This document shows positions 63,287 to 64,000 of a DNA stretch of 64,000 nt, piece by piece. A model generated the notes under the pieces. That model ran no database searches, was not told the DNA's origin, and saw only the letters and a program-made list of their open reading frames with translations. Source of the DNA: Xanthobacteraceae bacterium (GTDB lineage Bacteria; Pseudomonadota; Alphaproteobacteria; Rhizobiales; Xanthobacteraceae). Every line of letters begins with the position of its first letter. The stretch's first letter is position 1. The stretch is from assembly GCA_035716025.1 (NCBI GenBank), contig DASTKH010000041.1, positions 177,426-241,425 of the forward strand, written 5' to 3'. A program made the translations under genes and the position numbers.

Positions 63287-64000
63287 ATGGCCGACGACAA
63301 GCCCGCCGCGCTCTTCATCGGCCCGCCAAAGAAGGACATCCAGGCAGGGCTTGCGGCCGAGTTTACCGTCCATTCCGTCGAAACGCCGGACCGGCTGGAC
63401 GACGCCACGCTGGCGCGCCTTGCCCCGCATCTGCGCTTCGTCGCCGTCGGCGGCCATCCCGGCCGCGCCGACAGCGCCTTGATGCAGCGGCTGGGCAAGC
63501 TCGAAATCGTCGCCAATTTCGGCGTCGGCTACGACAATGTGGATGCGAAATGGGCGGCCGCGAACGGGATCATCGTCACCAATACGCCCGACGTGCTCAA
63601 CGAGGAGGTGGCGGATACCGCGCTCGGGCTCCTGCTCTGCACGGTGCGGGAACTGCCGCGGGCCGAACGCTATCTGCGTTCCGGGGAGTGGGCGCGGAAA
63701 GGCGACTATCGGCTCACCGCCTCGCTGCGCGACCGCACGGTCGGCCTCGTCGGGCTCGGCCGCATTGGCCGGGTGATCGCCGACCGCCTCGCCGCCATGA
63801 AAGTGCCGGTGGTCTACCACAGCCGCCGCCCGAAGCCCGATGCGCCGTATCGCTACTATGCGAGCCTCCTCGAAATGGCACGCGCGGTCGACGTTCTGCT
63901 CACGATCGTGCCCGGGGGGGCCGAAACCCGCCACATGATCAATACCGAGGTGCTGGAGGCGCTCGGTCCAAACGGTATCTTCATCAACATGGCACGCGGC
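63287..64000 (+). CDS. D-isomer-specific 2-hydroxyacid dehydrogenase (glyoxylate/hydroxypyruvate reductase-like), 3' end outside the window
   Basis: My own translation from ATG 63287 is open to the window end. It reads MADDKPAALFIG...VANFGVGYDNVD...IVTNTPDVLNEEVADTALGLLL...VGLVGLGRIGRVIADRL...GIFINMARG. It is absent from the ORF track because it has no stop in the window. Confidence 0.85.
   Translation, partial: MADDKPAALFIGPPKKDIQAGLAAEFTVHSVETPDRLDDATLARLAPHLRFVAVGGHPGRADSALMQRLGKLEIVANFGVGYDNVDAKWAAANGIIVTNTPDVLNEEVADTALGLLLCTVRELPRAERYLRSGEWARKGDYRLTASLRDRTVGLVGLGRIGRVIADRLAAMKVPVVYHSRRPKPDAPYRYYASLLEMARAVDVLLTIVPGGAETRHMINTEVLEALGPNGIFINMARG

Noticed and set aside
1-64000. Defence islands, toxin-antitoxin pairs, CRISPR arrays, prophage or integrative elements, IS elements and tRNA-flanked islands.
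   Set aside because: I found no repeat-spacer structure, transposase or integrase-like translation in any frame, tRNA gene, or recognisable TA or defence domain. RadC occurs here in its usual map-radC housekeeping context.

Overview
Strongly GC-rich, densely coding chromosomal segment with alphaproteobacterial (Hyphomicrobiales/Rhizobiales-like) gene content. About 65 protein genes are supportable. I saw no rRNA or tRNA gene, CRISPR array, transposase, integrase or prophage signature.

Bases 1-32 kb are mostly core housekeeping:
- Dpp/Opp-type peptide ABC importer tail plus an M20 dipeptidase
- tadA, rluB-like, rsmD, rnhB
- short-Q-loop cytochrome bd (CIO-type) cydAB
- a Tat-exported tyrosinase/PPO-like protein
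- family-4 UDG, ETF-ubiquinone oxidoreductase, a TPR lipoprotein
- ispE, ispB, a GtrB-like GT2, DUF2007, a TrmN6-like methyltransferase, sppA
- glyQ-glyS, an aminotransferase, a CNNM/CorC protein

Bases 32-64 kb are a transporter-rich catabolic stretch:
- an IclR-controlled block: LLM oxidoreductase, enol-lactonase-like hydrolase, Bug/TctC binding proteins, XylD-like sugar-acid dehydratase, two tandem cupins
- a TRAP system with two tandem DctP paralogs, followed by a PEP-mutase/isocitrate-lyase-family enzyme and two GNATs
- SDRs, a nitronate monooxygenase, map, radC, NIPSNAP
- a sugar ABC operon with two tandem Tat-signal binding proteins
- a 2-hydroxyacid dehydrogenase that runs off the window end

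Most interesting observations:
1. An intact free-standing paralog of the GlyRS beta-subunit C-terminal anticodon-binding domain lies 163 nt downstream of glyS (54/120 identical in a gapless hand alignment).
2. A translationally coupled HExxH metallopeptidase plus D-Ala-D-Ala-ligase-like ATP-grasp pair lies just downstream of it.
3. The tyrosinase/PPO homolog keeps its CuB histidine triad but has all three expected CuA histidine positions substituted.
4. Two near-identical 17-bp palindromes sit in the AT-rich divergent promoter of the IclR gene.
5. A Bug/TctC gene is broken by a 1-nt frameshift.

All calls come from reading the supplied translations and sequence by eye. No database search was run.
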